DNA of 64,000 nucleotides from Candidatus Desulfovibrio gallistercoris (GTDB taxonomy: Bacteria > Desulfobacterota > Desulfovibrionia > Desulfovibrionales > Desulfovibrionaceae): NCBI GenBank assembly GCA_019118745.1, contig DWYJ01000087.1, positions 24,515 to 88,514 of the forward strand. The letters are read 5' to 3'. The translations under genes and the position numbers were made by a program. The number at the start of each line of letters is the position of its first letter. The stretch's first letter is position 1. Positions 55,289 to 64,000 of the stretch are shown here, piece by piece. The notes beneath the pieces are model-generated. The model was not told where the DNA came from and ran no database searches. It worked only from the letters and a program-made list of their open reading frames with translations.

Positions 55289-56350
55289 TCAGGAGGCGGC
55301 GCAGATATCCAGCATTCGGGTCAGGGTCTGGCGGGCCGGCGGGCAGAGGGCCGGGTCCACGACGAGGGGCTTGGCCGTACCGGCCTCGATGGCCTGCAGC
55401 GTGGTGAGGAGGTTCTCCTCGGTCACCTTGCCCATGTCGGGGCAGATGGCCGGTCCCAGCGGCAGGACGGTACAGCTTCCGGCATGACGCTGGCCCAGCC
55501 GGTCCACGAGGTTGGTCTCCGTGCCGACGATGAGCGTGCTGCCGGGCTTTTCCGCGGCAAGGCGGGCGGCCTCGCCGATGAGGAAGGAGGTCGAGCCTGC
55601 GCCGTCGCACAGGTCGATGACCTCAGGGCTGCATTCGGGATGGGCCATGACCAGGCAGCCGGGATGGGCCGCACGGGCGGCGGCGACCTGCTCCACGGTC
55701 AGGTGGTCATGGATGGGGCAGCAACCCGGCCAGAGCAGGAGCGGAGCCTTCCAGAGACGGTGGGCGGGGTCCTTCTCCGCCGGGGAAAGGCCGTCGGGGC
55801 CCAGTTCCAGCAGATGCCAGTCGTCCGGGCCGAGGCCGAGCTGTTTGCCGACGTTGCGGCCCAGGTGGCGGTCCGGCAGGAAGAGGACGCCCTGCCCCTG
55901 ATCCAGGGCCCAGCGCATGACGGTGCGCGCATTGGCGGAAGTGCAGACGGTGCCGCCGAATTCGCCCACCACGGCCTTGAGGGCCAGCGTGGTGTTGACG
56001 TAGGCTACCGGGATGACCCGGCGGCCGCCGTCGTGCAGCTGGCGCAGGACGGCGCGGGCGCTTTCGGCCGGCGACATGAGGGACATGGCGCAGTCGGCAT
56101 CCGGAGCGGGCAGATGCACCTGCTGTCCGGTCTTGGCCAGCAGTGCCGCGGATTCGCCCATGAAGAAGACGCCGCAGAAGACGATGTGGTCGGCCGTGAT
56201 GTCCGGCACGCGGCGGGCCAGTTCCAGCGAGTCGCCGGTGATGTCGCAATGGCGCACCACGGCGTCATTCTGGTAGTGGTGGCCCATGATGCAGACTCGG
56301 GAACCGAGCCGGGATTTGAGGTCGGTGATGGCGGCAGCAGTGTCGTGCAT
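55289..56350 (-). CDS. nadA: Quinolinate synthase
   Basis: 353 aa. VCIMGHHYQ, the VCTSANA region and three conserved Cys contexts (DADCAM, CCPIH, AICPDM). Confidence 0.93.
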   Translation of the reverse strand: MHDTAAAITDLKSRLGSRVCIMGHHYQNDAVVRHCDITGDSLELARRVPDITADHIVFCGVFFMGESAALLAKTGQQVHLPAPDADCAMSLMSPAESARAVLRQLHDGGRRVIPVAYVNTTLALKAVVGEFGGTVCTSANARTVMRWALDQGQGVLFLPDRHLGRNVGKQLGLGPDDWHLLELGPDGLSPAEKDPAHRLWKAPLLLWPGCCPIHDHLTVEQVAAARAAHPGCLVMAHPECSPEVIDLCDGAGSTSFLIGEAARLAAEKPGSTLIVGTETNLVDRLGQRHAGSCTVLPLGPAICPDMGKVTEENLLTTLQAIEAGTAKPLVVDPALCPPARQTLTRMLDICAAS

Positions 56351-56360
56351 GGGGATTTCC

Positions 56361-57260
56361 TTAGGGGAGGGCGGACCCGGAGGTCCGGCCCTGTTGCAGG
56401 GTCATGCTGAAATCCGCCGCAACGGCGGAATGGGTCAGGCGGCCTACGGAGATGAAGTCCGGCGCGCGACGGGAACAACGGGCCAGCTCGCCGATGTTTT
56501 CCAGGGTCACGCCGCCGCTGACTTCCGTCTCGATATGTGCGGGCACGAGGGCCAGCGCCTCGCCCAGCAGCGGGGGGCGCATGTTGTCCATCATGATGCG
56601 GTCGGCACGGGCGGCCACGGCTTCGCGCACGTGGTCGAGGGTGCGGCACTCCACTTCGATGGGCGGGCAGGGCGTATAGGCGGCGCGCAGTTTCTGGACC
56701 GCGCGCTCGATGGAACCGGCGGCATCGATGTGGTTGTCCTTGAGCATGAGCATTTCCGTCAGGTCCCTGCGGTGATTGCAGCCGCCGCCCGCCAGTACGG
56801 CGTATTTTTCGGGCCAGCGCAGGCAGGGCGTGGTCTTGCGGGTGTCCAGCAGGCGGACGCCCGTGCCTTCCAGCTCGCGCACATAGCGCGCCGTCAGGTT
56901 GGCGATGCCGGAAAGATGCGTGACGTAATTGAGGATGACCCGCTCGGCCTTGAGCAGCACCACGGCCGGGCCTTCCATGACGGCCACCTCCGTCATGGCC
57001 GGGACGCGCTGCCCTTCCTCGGCCAGCAGCGTGTAGCGGACCGTGTCGGCCCGCATGGCGGCAAAGACTTCCGCCATGATGGGCAGCCCCGCCACGAGGG
57101 TGTCCTCCTTGGCGCGGATGACGGCCCGCATGGGATCAGTGGGGGAGAAGAGGCCCTCGGCCGTCAGGTCGGGCCCGTCCTCTTCCAGTGCAAGTTCCAC
57201 GGAACGACGTAAAAAAACTTCTCCGCGGCCGGAGAAAAAAGTAGCCCAAGGCGTCAACAT
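56361..57260 (-). CDS. nadC: Nicotinate-nucleotide pyrophosphorylase (carboxylating)
   Basis: 299 aa. LLDTRKTTPCLR, MLKDNHI and IMMDNM motifs. Confidence 0.92.
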   Translation of the reverse strand: MLTPWATFFSGRGEVFLRRSVELALEEDGPDLTAEGLFSPTDPMRAVIRAKEDTLVAGLPIMAEVFAAMRADTVRYTLLAEEGQRVPAMTEVAVMEGPAVVLLKAERVILNYVTHLSGIANLTARYVRELEGTGVRLLDTRKTTPCLRWPEKYAVLAGGGCNHRRDLTEMLMLKDNHIDAAGSIERAVQKLRAAYTPCPPIEVECRTLDHVREAVAARADRIMMDNMRPPLLGEALALVPAHIETEVSGGVTLENIGELARCSRRAPDFISVGRLTHSAVAADFSMTLQQGRTSGSALP

Positions 57261-57490
57261 TTGCTTGTCCCTGTCATAGGTGCGTGCTAAGTCATGCCCG
57301 ACGGTCGCGCGACGGGGCCGGCATGGCCCGGCAGCCCGTCATGGCGGACGCTCCGCCGGTGCGGCAGGCCGTTCACGGCATGCGGCGACCGATGGTGCTT
57401 CCTTGATAAAGTTCCTGTCCGCCTGCGTCAAGGGCGGGGCGGAAATTGGGACGTTTTTCACAACAGCTGCGGGCAGAAGGAGGTGTCGGT

Positions 57491-59005
57491 ATGCACGATC
57501 AGGAAAACTGGCAGGCTGCCGGCAGCCGTAATGTCCCTCCTCGGACGGAAGACACCCCCCCGCAGCGTGATGCCGGCGGCAGGGAGGCGGCTCCCCTGGA
57601 CCCTCCGGCCGCGCCGTCCTTTTCCGCCGTGCCGCCCCCGCTGGCTTCGGAGCAGGAGCAGAGCGGCGCGCCCGCCGATGAGCAGCACCGCTTTGCCATG
57701 CCGGACTTCTGCCTTGACGAAGGGGACGAGCTCGATGCCGAGTTCGTCCATCCCGCGGACCTTGCCGACCATCTGGAAAACCTGACGCTGGAAAAGCAGG
57801 TCTGCGCCCTGCGCCACATGGCCACGGAAGACGCCGCCGAAGCGCTGGCCGAACTGGACGGCAGCGTGGCCGTGGACGTCCTGGAGAACCTCGACGCCGA
57901 CGTGGCGGCCCAGATCATCGCCGAGATGGAGCCGGACGACGCCGCCGACGTGCTGGACGAACTGGACGAAGGCCACCGCGACGTCCTGCTCGGCAAGCTG
58001 GACAAGGAAGATTCCGAAGAGCTGCGCAACCTGCTCAACTTTGACCCGGACTCCGCCGCCGGGGTCATGAACATCGAGCTGATCCTGCTCGAAGAGCACA
58101 TGACCGTGGATGAGGCCATAGCCCACATCCGCAGCGAGATGGAAGACAAGGAAAGCCCCTACTACGGTTATGTGGTGGACGCGTCGGACATCCTGCTCGG
58201 CGTCCTCTCCCTCCGGGACATCATGCTGGCCCGGCCCGGGACCGTGGTGGGCGATGCCGTGCACGGGCAGAGCGTGGTCAGCGTGCCGTACGACATGGAC
58301 AAGGGCGAGGTGGCCAGTCTGCTGTCGCACTACAACTTCCTGGCCATGCCCGTGGTGGACCACGAGGGCCACATCATGGGCGTCGTCACCTACGACGACA
58401 TCATGGACATCATGCACGAGGAGGCCAGCGCCGACATGCAGGGCATGGTGGGCGCCGACCCCGGGGAGAGCGTCGATACCCCGTGGCTGGAGAGCGTGGC
58501 CAAGCGCCTGCCCTGGCTCGTGGTCAACATGGTCAATTCGGCCCTGTCCGCCTCCGTGGTCTACATGTTCGAGGGCACCATCGCCCAGATGGCCGCGCTG
58601 GCCGTGCTCATGCCTATGGTGGCCAATCAGGCGGGCAATACCGGGCAGCAGGCGCTGGCCGTCATGATCCGTCAGCTGGCCACGGACCGCTTCGAGCAGA
58701 AAAAGGCCTGGCTGGCCGTGCTGCGCGAGGCCAAGATCGGCCTTTTCACCGGCGTCATCATGGCGCTGCTGGCCTTTGTGGGAGCCTGGATATTCACCAG
58801 CCTGCCGCAGGTGGGCCTGGTCATGGCCGGGGCGCTGCTCTGCGACATGATGCTCGGCGCCGTGGCCGGGGGCTCCATCCCCCTCATCTTCCGGGCTATG
58901 GGACGCGACCCCGCGCAGGCTTCCAGCATCTTCCTCACCACCATTACGGACGGCGCGGGCTTCTTTCTCTTTCTGGGACTGGCGACGCTCTTCCTTTTTC
59001 CTTAG
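57491..59005 (+). CDS. mgtE: Magnesium transporter MgtE
   Basis: ATG at 57491 (GGAGG upstream). MgtE_N acidic helical domain, tandem CBS domains, and a TM domain with MPMVANQAGNTGQQ and ITDGAGFFLFLG. A ~90-aa Pro/Ala-rich N-terminal extension precedes them. Confidence 0.9.
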   Translation: MHDQENWQAAGSRNVPPRTEDTPPQRDAGGREAAPLDPPAAPSFSAVPPPLASEQEQSGAPADEQHRFAMPDFCLDEGDELDAEFVHPADLADHLENLTLEKQVCALRHMATEDAAEALAELDGSVAVDVLENLDADVAAQIIAEMEPDDAADVLDELDEGHRDVLLGKLDKEDSEELRNLLNFDPDSAAGVMNIELILLEEHMTVDEAIAHIRSEMEDKESPYYGYVVDASDILLGVLSLRDIMLARPGTVVGDAVHGQSVVSVPYDMDKGEVASLLSHYNFLAMPVVDHEGHIMGVVTYDDIMDIMHEEASADMQGMVGADPGESVDTPWLESVAKRLPWLVVNMVNSALSASVVYMFEGTIAQMAALAVLMPMVANQAGNTGQQALAVMIRQLATDRFEQKKAWLAVLREAKIGLFTGVIMALLAFVGAWIFTSLPQVGLVMAGALLCDMMLGAVAGGSIPLIFRAMGRDPAQASSIFLTTITDGAGFFLFLGLATLFLFP

Positions 59006-59061
59006 CGTTTTTCTTGCGAAAAAGGTGGTCAGAGAAAATGAAAAAAAAACCATGCAAGATG

Positions 59062-59150
59062 GCATGGGTACTTCACAGATATAAAAGACGATGGAAAATC
59101 GAACGCTTTTTGCGTGGCTTGACAAATTCAGAAAAGTAATAAATCGTTAG
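59062..59150 (+). pseudogene. C-terminal fragment of an IS4/IS5-superfamily (DDE_Tnp_1) transposase, frameshifted
   Basis: Reads ..HRYKRRWKIERF, and after a 1-nt frame slip FAWLDKFRKVINR*. This matches the conserved YxxRWxIERxFAWLxxFRRL transposase C-terminus. No DDE core is present. Confidence 0.6.
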
Positions 59151-59345
59151 GAAAACTATGATGAATTATATACAGGTCTTATTTATCTTGTTTTTTTACG
59201 ATTTTCCTACAGCGTATTATAAAAGTGATCTTCAATCATGAATGAGTTCAATTTTTTTGCGTTATGAAAGAGAATATGGGCTTGTTTCAAAACATTTTTC
59301 CCTTGAAAATTGTCCGCGAACCAGAGAAGAAGTCTCTATGTTAAA

Positions 59346-59453
59346 GGATTTGCGGAGCATATCCGCAACCGGTGAAGTCCCACTCATCGTTGGATAGTGG
59401 AGCGGACATTCGCGTGGTTGAAGGGCTTCGGAGTCTACACACTAATTTCATAG
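59346..59453 (+). pseudogene. Second decayed IS4/IS5-superfamily transposase fragment
   Basis: Reads ..FAEHIRNR / GEVPLIV / (R)WIVERTFAWLKGFGVYTLIS* across stops and frame changes. WIVERTFAWLKGF is a classic DDE_Tnp_1 C-terminal motif. Internally deleted. Confidence 0.6.
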
Positions 59454-59762
59454 GCTGCTTTACCTTGCTTTTTCCTGCATTCTTTGGCGAAAACTCGCTT
59501 TGACGGTATCCGCAATGTTATTATGCTGTTAGTTAGTTGAGCGTCAGGCGTGAAATACAAAAATCATCCGTCATGCGGGCACTTTTGTGCAGTCGATTGA
59601 AATCATTAAATAAATTTTCCTTAGATAATGTCGCCACCTTTGTGCTCAACTCGCGGAAAATGTTGGATAATTATTCACCTTATATTTTAAAAATTATTCA
59701 TAACTTCAATCGGTTGAACAGAAATAATGACACCGTATAGCACAACGTATGCCGGACATCCT

Positions 59763-60536
59763 CTAAATCTGCTCTATGTATTTTTGGGGACTGAACACCG
59801 CGAGAATAAATGACGGAGAAATGTGGACACTTTTTGCGGAGTACACTATTTCTTCATTTCTCTTTGTAAGAAATTTTATTGAAGAAGATTTCTGCATGTT
59901 CTGCGTATAGCTTTTTCGCTGCAATATGGAAAAAAAATATTTTTTTGATTTTTCAGGAAGAAAATGAAAATCTTCAAGGTTGCTATCCAAAACTCTAGTA
60001 AAAGTATTATTGTGCATGATAGTATTCCATTTTCCTGAAAAAATGATACAATCAGTTGCTAAATTGTACTCCATATATATGTTTTCCGTCATACTTTTGA
60101 ATGCGGCATCACGCAACACATAGTATCTGAGCTTGGCGTGGTTTCTTTTCTCTTTTGTAATGACTTGCATCGTGCAAAGGAACGTGGCTTTTCCGTCGTT
60201 GGTCCCCATGTATGCGGCATGAACATCAAGCCAGACCGTGCTGCCATCCATATGTATAACGCGATACTGGATATCAAAATTTGTTTTCTGTTCAGCATGG
60301 GTTTTGAATGCTTCAAAAACGGGAACCAGGTCATCGGGGTGGAGAATATTGCGCGGATTTCCACTTAATTCTTCTTCCATGTATTGTTCGCGCGTGCTGC
60401 CCGTTAATGCATAAAAAGCATTATTGGCATTATTGGCATCACGGGTGATCCCCTCACCGAAAGAAATCTCAACTATGGCAATGGGAACCATATCGAGAAC
60501 TTTTTTTATATCTTCCGAAAATATAATGGGTTTCAT
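59763..60536 (-). CDS. PAS/PAC domain-only protein (no recognisable output domain) in an AT-rich island
   Basis: 257-aa ORF with AT-rich codon usage unlike its neighbours. The PAS_3/PAC-like core is NILHPDDLVPVFEAFKTHAEQKTNFDIQYRVIHMDGSTVWLDVHAAYMGTNDGKATFLCTMQVITKEK. The C-terminal half may be a second degenerate PAS. Confidence 0.7.
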   Translation of the reverse strand: MKPIIFSEDIKKVLDMVPIAIVEISFGEGITRDANNANNAFYALTGSTREQYMEEELSGNPRNILHPDDLVPVFEAFKTHAEQKTNFDIQYRVIHMDGSTVWLDVHAAYMGTNDGKATFLCTMQVITKEKRNHAKLRYYVLRDAAFKSMTENIYMEYNLATDCIIFSGKWNTIMHNNTFTRVLDSNLEDFHFLPEKSKKYFFSILQRKSYTQNMQKSSSIKFLTKRNEEIVYSAKSVHISPSFILAVFSPQKYIEQI

Positions 60537-60657
60537 AAATTAATCCTTCATCTATATATTGTCGTGCTGCAATTTTCTTGATTTTTCCCGACAGGAGAGG
60601 ATGACAGCATGATACTGCGTGGCGGGTGCTCCATGCACCACTGCACACCAAAGAGTG

Positions 60658-61977
60658 CTACTTGCCCATGGCGTTCATGAAATCCTTGTTGGATTTGGTG
60701 CCCCGCATCTTGTCCAGCAGGAATTCCATGCTGTCGATGGGGGACATGGGCGCAAGGATCTTGCGCAGTATCCAGACCCGGTTGAGCACATCTTCCGGCA
60801 GGAGCAGGTCTTCCTTGCGGGTGCCGGTACGGTTGATGTCGATGGCCGGGAAGACGCGCTTTTCGGCAAGGTGGCGGTCCAGGAAGATCTCCATGTTGCC
60901 GGTGCCCTTGAATTCTTCGAAGATCACTTCATCCATGCGGGAACCGGTATCGATGAGGGCCGTGGCGATGATGGTCAGGCTGCCGCCTTCTTCGATGTTG
61001 CGCGCCGCGCCGAAAAAGCGCTTGGGACGTTGCAGGGCATTGGCGTCCAGACCGCCGGAGAGCACGCGGCCCGAAGAGGGGGTGACGGTATTGAAGGCGC
61101 GGCCGAGGCGGGTGATGGAATCCAGCAGGATGACCACGTCCCGCTTGCGTTCCACAAGGCGCTTGGCCTTTTCCAGCACCATCTCGCAGACCTGCACATG
61201 GCGCTGCGGGGGCTCGTCGAAGGTGGAGCTCACGACTTCGGCTTTCTTGACCGTGCGCTCCATGTCGGTCACTTCTTCGGGGCGCTCGTCGATGAGCAGG
61301 ACGATGAGATAGACGTCGGGATTATTGGCGTTGATGGCGTTGGCCAGGGACTGGAGCAGGACGGTCTTGCCGGTGCGGGGCGGGGCGACGATGAGGCCGC
61401 GCTGTCCACAGCCGATGGGGGCCATGAGGTCGATGACCCGGTTGGAAAGATTTTTGTCGCCATTTTCCATGACCAGCTGGCGATCGGGATAGATGGGGGT
61501 AAGGTTATCGAAAAGAACAAGATTTTTAGCGTTTTCCGGCGGTTCAAAACCTATCTCGGTGACCTTGAGCAAGGCGAAGTAGCGTTCCCCTTCCTTGGGC
61601 GGGCGTATCTGCCCGGACACCACATCCCCTTTGCGCAAGGAAAAGCGCCGTATCTGGGAGGGGGAGACGTAGATGTCGTCCGGGCCGGGCATATAGCTGC
61701 ACAGGGGCGACCGCAGGAAACCAAAGCCGTCCGGCAGGATCTCCAGCACGCCGTCGCCGAAGATGGCGCCGTTCTGGGAGGCGCAGCTTTGCAGCAGAGC
61801 AAAGATGAGCTCCTGTTTGCGCATGGAGCTGGCGTTCTCGATCTCGTACTTTTCCGCCAGCTCCATGAGATCCTGCATGCTGCGGGTCTTGAGATCGGTA
61901 AGACTCAGGGTGCTGTCGGACAGGAGTTCCGGCTCGGCCTTTTTTTTGCGAACGGGCTTACGAGGTTTTTTTTCCAT
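60658..61977 (-). CDS. rho: Transcription termination factor Rho
   Basis: 439 aa. Rho_N plus a cold-shock-like RNA-binding domain (GFGFLR), Walker A APPRTGKT, then [10 protein letters not shown] and KRVFPAIDI motifs. Confidence 0.96.
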   Translation of the reverse strand: MEKKPRKPVRKKKAEPELLSDSTLSLTDLKTRSMQDLMELAEKYEIENASSMRKQELIFALLQSCASQNGAIFGDGVLEILPDGFGFLRSPLCSYMPGPDDIYVSPSQIRRFSLRKGDVVSGQIRPPKEGERYFALLKVTEIGFEPPENAKNLVLFDNLTPIYPDRQLVMENGDKNLSNRVIDLMAPIGCGQRGLIVAPPRTGKTVLLQSLANAINANNPDVYLIVLLIDERPEEVTDMERTVKKAEVVSSTFDEPPQRHVQVCEMVLEKAKRLVERKRDVVILLDSITRLGRAFNTVTPSSGRVLSGGLDANALQRPKRFFGAARNIEEGGSLTIIATALIDTGSRMDEVIFEEFKGTGNMEIFLDRHLAEKRVFPAIDINRTGTRKEDLLLPEDVLNRVWILRKILAPMSPIDSMEFLLDKMRGTKSNKDFMNAMGK

Positions 61978-62178
61978 GAGATTGCAATAGGGGATACGGC
62001 ACGTGGAGAGTGTCGCCCGGTGTGATATGAGGAAATTGCAGGGAATGGAACAAAAAGATGTGTGCCTTGCGATTAGCGCAAGTCAGGAAAAAAGGCAAGC
62101 AAAAAAGCTGGGATTTCCCGTGAGCAAACGCCAGAAAGGGCGTGGAGATGCCGGTCGGACGGGGGGGAAGGGGCGTTG

Positions 62179-62700
62179 TCAGCAGGCGGCGGCTTCCGGC
62201 ACGGGGGGCGGCGCATAGCGCTGGAGGAGGTCGTCGCGCAGGGCATGTTCATCCAGCTTGAGCACCTCGCCGATCTCGCCGGTGACGAGGCTCATGGCCT
62301 GTTCCTGCAGGCGGCGTTCCCCGAAGGAAAGATCCTTCTGGCGGCTGATGAGCAAAAGCTCCCGCAGCACTTCGGCCACGACGCCGAGGTCGGGGCTCTT
62401 GAGGCGTTCGGAGTATTCGCGGAAACGGCGGTTCCAGTTCTGGCCCGTATGGATGTTTTTTTCCGTCTCGGACTGGAGGGAACCCCAGATGCGGCGTGCT
62501 TCCTCGGCGGCGATGAGCGGACGCAACCCCACATTGGCCGCATTGGCCACCGGCACCATGAGCGTGATGTTGTTGGCGCGGATGCGCACGATATACAGTT
62601 CGCAGGCGACGCCGCCTATCTGCTGATTATTGACGCGTTCTATCTCTCCTACCCCTTGCGCGGGATAAACGACGAGCTCACCGGCTGTAAACATAGGCAT
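62179..62700 (-). CDS. carD: CarD/CdnL family RNA polymerase-binding transcription factor
   Basis: 173 aa. The F-x-x-GE-x-VVYP-x-x-GVG-x-I N-terminal Tudor-like motif (FTAGELVVYPAQGVGEIERV), then a helical C-terminal domain. Confidence 0.9.
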   Translation of the reverse strand: MPMFTAGELVVYPAQGVGEIERVNNQQIGGVACELYIVRIRANNITLMVPVANAANVGLRPLIAAEEARRIWGSLQSETEKNIHTGQNWNRRFREYSERLKSPDLGVVAEVLRELLLISRQKDLSFGERRLQEQAMSLVTGEIGEVLKLDEHALRDDLLQRYAPPPVPEAAAC

Positions 62701-62898
62701 CCACTTCCGGTTGATATTGGGAGGACAAAAAAAGGGAAAGGTCGGGAATGGATTTCCCGACTGTTAAAAAATACTAGCAAGATGCGAAAGTGATGTCCAG
62801 CAAAAAAATTTTTTTCATGGCTATGCCGTCACCATGTACGCGCCCATGCCTTGCGCGAGGCAACAGGCGGGGAGGGCGGCCGCCGGAGCGCAGGGACG

Positions 62899-62933
62899 AA
62901 AAAAGCCCCTGGAGCATCGGGCTCCGGGGGCTT
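62899..62933 (-). terminator. Rho-independent terminator after the 76-aa ORF
   Basis: The minus strand reads AGCCCCCGGAGCCCGATGCTCCAGGGGCT, a 12-bp stem with one mismatch, followed by TTTTTTCG. Confidence 0.7.
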
Positions 62934-62954
62934 TCTCGCGGCAGGGGGGAAAGG

Positions 62955-63185
62955 CTATTTTCCCATGCCGGCGGCGTAGAGGCGGCGTCCGTGCCGCAAT
63001 TGCAGTTCCGCGACGATGAGCTGTTCATATTCCGGGGCGAGCGGCAGCTCGGCCTTGATCTGCTGGGAAAGCAGGCCCGCAAGCTGCTGGGTCTCTTCCC
63101 AGATCTCCAGCAGTTCATCGTCTTCCAGCGTCTTCACCTTGTCGGCGAACGGGGCATCATCTTTAAAGGGCTGACAAGAACCCAT
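62955..63185 (-). CDS. Small acidic hypothetical protein
   Basis: 76-aa ORF with genome-typical codon usage. It starts 10 nt after the upstream hydrolase gene's stop and is followed by a clear hairpin plus T-run terminator. I recognise no family. Confidence 0.5.
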   Translation of the reverse strand: MGSCQPFKDDAPFADKVKTLEDDELLEIWEETQQLAGLLSQQIKAELPLAPEYEQLIVAELQLRHGRRLYAAGMGK

Positions 63186-63195
63186 GCAACATGTC

Positions 63196-63810
63196 CTAGT
63201 GTTGGGTGGTCAGAAAAGCCTGCACCGACGGCAGGGCAAAAAGGGCCTCAGCCATGCATTCGCAGCCTTCGGGAGCGGCATGGATGCCGTCGCGGAGGCT
63301 TTCCATATAAACGGACGAATCCCGGAGCGTATCGAAGACGTCGGCCCAGCCAAAGCCCTTTTCCGCACAGAGGGCGGCGTAGGCACGGTTGAGGTCCGCG
63401 ATGCGGGCCGTCACGTCGGGATTGGCGATGGGGGGCACGCTGATGAGCAGCACCGGCGCGAGGGCGGCGGCCTCGCTCAGCATGGCCTGCATGGTGGCGC
63501 AGACTTCAGCCACGGGCCTGCCGTCGGCGGGCACCATGTCCACCACGCCGGCGCAGAAGGCGATGTGCGGCGAGATGCCGGGAAGCTGGCGCGCTTCCCA
63601 TTCCTGCTTCCAGCGGGCTTTCACGTCCATGACCGTGTGACGGCGGACGCCCAGATTGTAAAAGGTTGCCGGGGGCAGGGCATAGAGGCCCGCCGCGCTG
63701 CCCTTGCGGGCCAGGCGGCCGACCCAGCCGCCCTGCATGGCGTCGTCATTGACGCCGAGGGTCAGGGAATCGCCGTAAAAGAACCATGTTTCCGTCACAT
63801 TGCGGGACAT
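63196..63810 (-). CDS. SGNH/GDSL family hydrolase
   Basis: 204 aa. Block I FFYGDSLTLG (GDS motif), a block III-like YNLGVRRH and a C-terminal DGIHAAPEG (DxxH). Confidence 0.8.
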   Translation of the reverse strand: MSRNVTETWFFYGDSLTLGVNDDAMQGGWVGRLARKGSAAGLYALPPATFYNLGVRRHTVMDVKARWKQEWEARQLPGISPHIAFCAGVVDMVPADGRPVAEVCATMQAMLSEAAALAPVLLISVPPIANPDVTARIADLNRAYAALCAEKGFGWADVFDTLRDSSVYMESLRDGIHAAPEGCECMAEALFALPSVQAFLTTQH

Positions 63811-63893
63811 TCGCTATCCTCCTGCAGGGCCGTTTCCTGCGGCGTTTTGCCCCCGGGGAACGGGGGCGCGGCGATCTGGTCTGCCGGTGCTGC

Positions 63894-64000
63894 CTACCGG
63901 TGATCGGCGGCAAAGTGCTGCTCCGTCTTGCACAGATGCATGACGGGGCGCAGAGCGTCGGCCCCGGCCAGCGGGGCCAGGACCTCCAGGCAGAAAGCTG
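63894..64000 (-). CDS. 3' end of an unidentified gene extending past the right window edge
   Basis: My own translation of the minus strand gives an open frame ..AFCLEVLAPLAGADALRPVMHLCKTEQHFAADHR*, with the TAG complement at 63894..63896. Only 34 codons are visible, so no product can be assigned. Confidence 0.35.
   Translation of the reverse strand, partial: AFCLEVLAPLAGADALRPVMHLCKTEQHFAADHR

Larger units (their letters stand above)
59006..60657. other. AT-rich island (putative horizontally acquired remnant) between mgtE and rho
   Basis: Base composition shifts abruptly by eye, with long A/T runs, compared with the G+C-rich flanks. Contains two transposase fragments and the PAS-only ORF with atypical codon usage. 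Confidence 0.7.

Noticed and set aside
59158-59241. 27-codon hydrophobic ORF (MMNYIQVLFILFFYDFPTAYYKSDLQS) with an AGGA-like RBS in the AT-rich island, a possible type I toxin-like peptide.
   Set aside because: It is very short, has no recognisable family and no evident antisense RNA partner. AT-rich DNA yields such ORFs by chance.
59537-59740. 67-aa TTG-start ORF in the island.
   Set aside because: There is no motif and no RBS, and it has a non-ATG start in AT-rich DNA lying between transposase debris and the PAS gene's 3' end. I also checked the opposite strand here for GGDEF or EAL remnants downstream of the PAS ORF and saw none.
1-64000. Search for tRNA, rRNA, tmRNA, integrase, prophage or toxin-antitoxin modules.
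   Set aside because: I found no tRNA-like T-arm or acceptor patterns and no rRNA-like stretches. The only recombinase-type genes are the two dead transposase fragments. No small paired ORFs have TA-like features. A tRNAscan or Infernal run would be needed for certainty.

Overview
This is a high-GC chromosomal segment (by eye about two-thirds G+C) with Desulfovibrionaceae-like gene content. I support 54 protein-coding genes, two of them cut by the window edges. Most lie on the minus strand and most are housekeeping genes. They include tatA, rlmE, yebC-ruvC, mntP, upp-uraA, argF, argC, hypD-hypE, rlmI, nadC-nadA-nadB, mgtE, rho and carD. Others are an SbcD/SbcC-like (YhaO/YhaN-type) nuclease-ATPase pair, a four-gene WbpB/A/E/D-like set for a diacetamido-uronic sugar nucleotide, further glycan-modification genes, a 2TM/RCK potassium channel, a two-domain PPK2, a class A beta-lactamase, transporters and several hypothetical proteins. 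I found no rRNA, tRNA, CRISPR array or intact mobile element.

The unusual content is mostly non-coding.
- A G-rich long-hairpin repeat family (RepB, nine copies) always sits directly 3' of a stop codon and is co-oriented with the upstream gene.
- A roughly 150-bp repeat (RepA, six full and three partial copies) has TA-flanked inverted ends that repeatedly supply gene stop codons.
- A roughly 345-bp composite direct repeat brackets a cupin gene.
- A 230-bp element is bounded by 18-bp inverted repeats.
- A roughly 1.6-kb AT-rich island between mgtE and rho carries decayed IS4/IS5-type transposase fragments and a PAS-only gene.

The coding oddities are a histidine-acid-phosphatase homologue lacking both catalytic histidines, two tandem membrane-anchored paralogues of unknown function, a membrane-embedded SMC-like ATPase and an output-less periplasmic sensor module.

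Everything was called by eye from the sequence and the ORF track. Repeat and terminator boundaries are good to a few nucleotides only. Family assignments rest on remembered motifs, not on searches.
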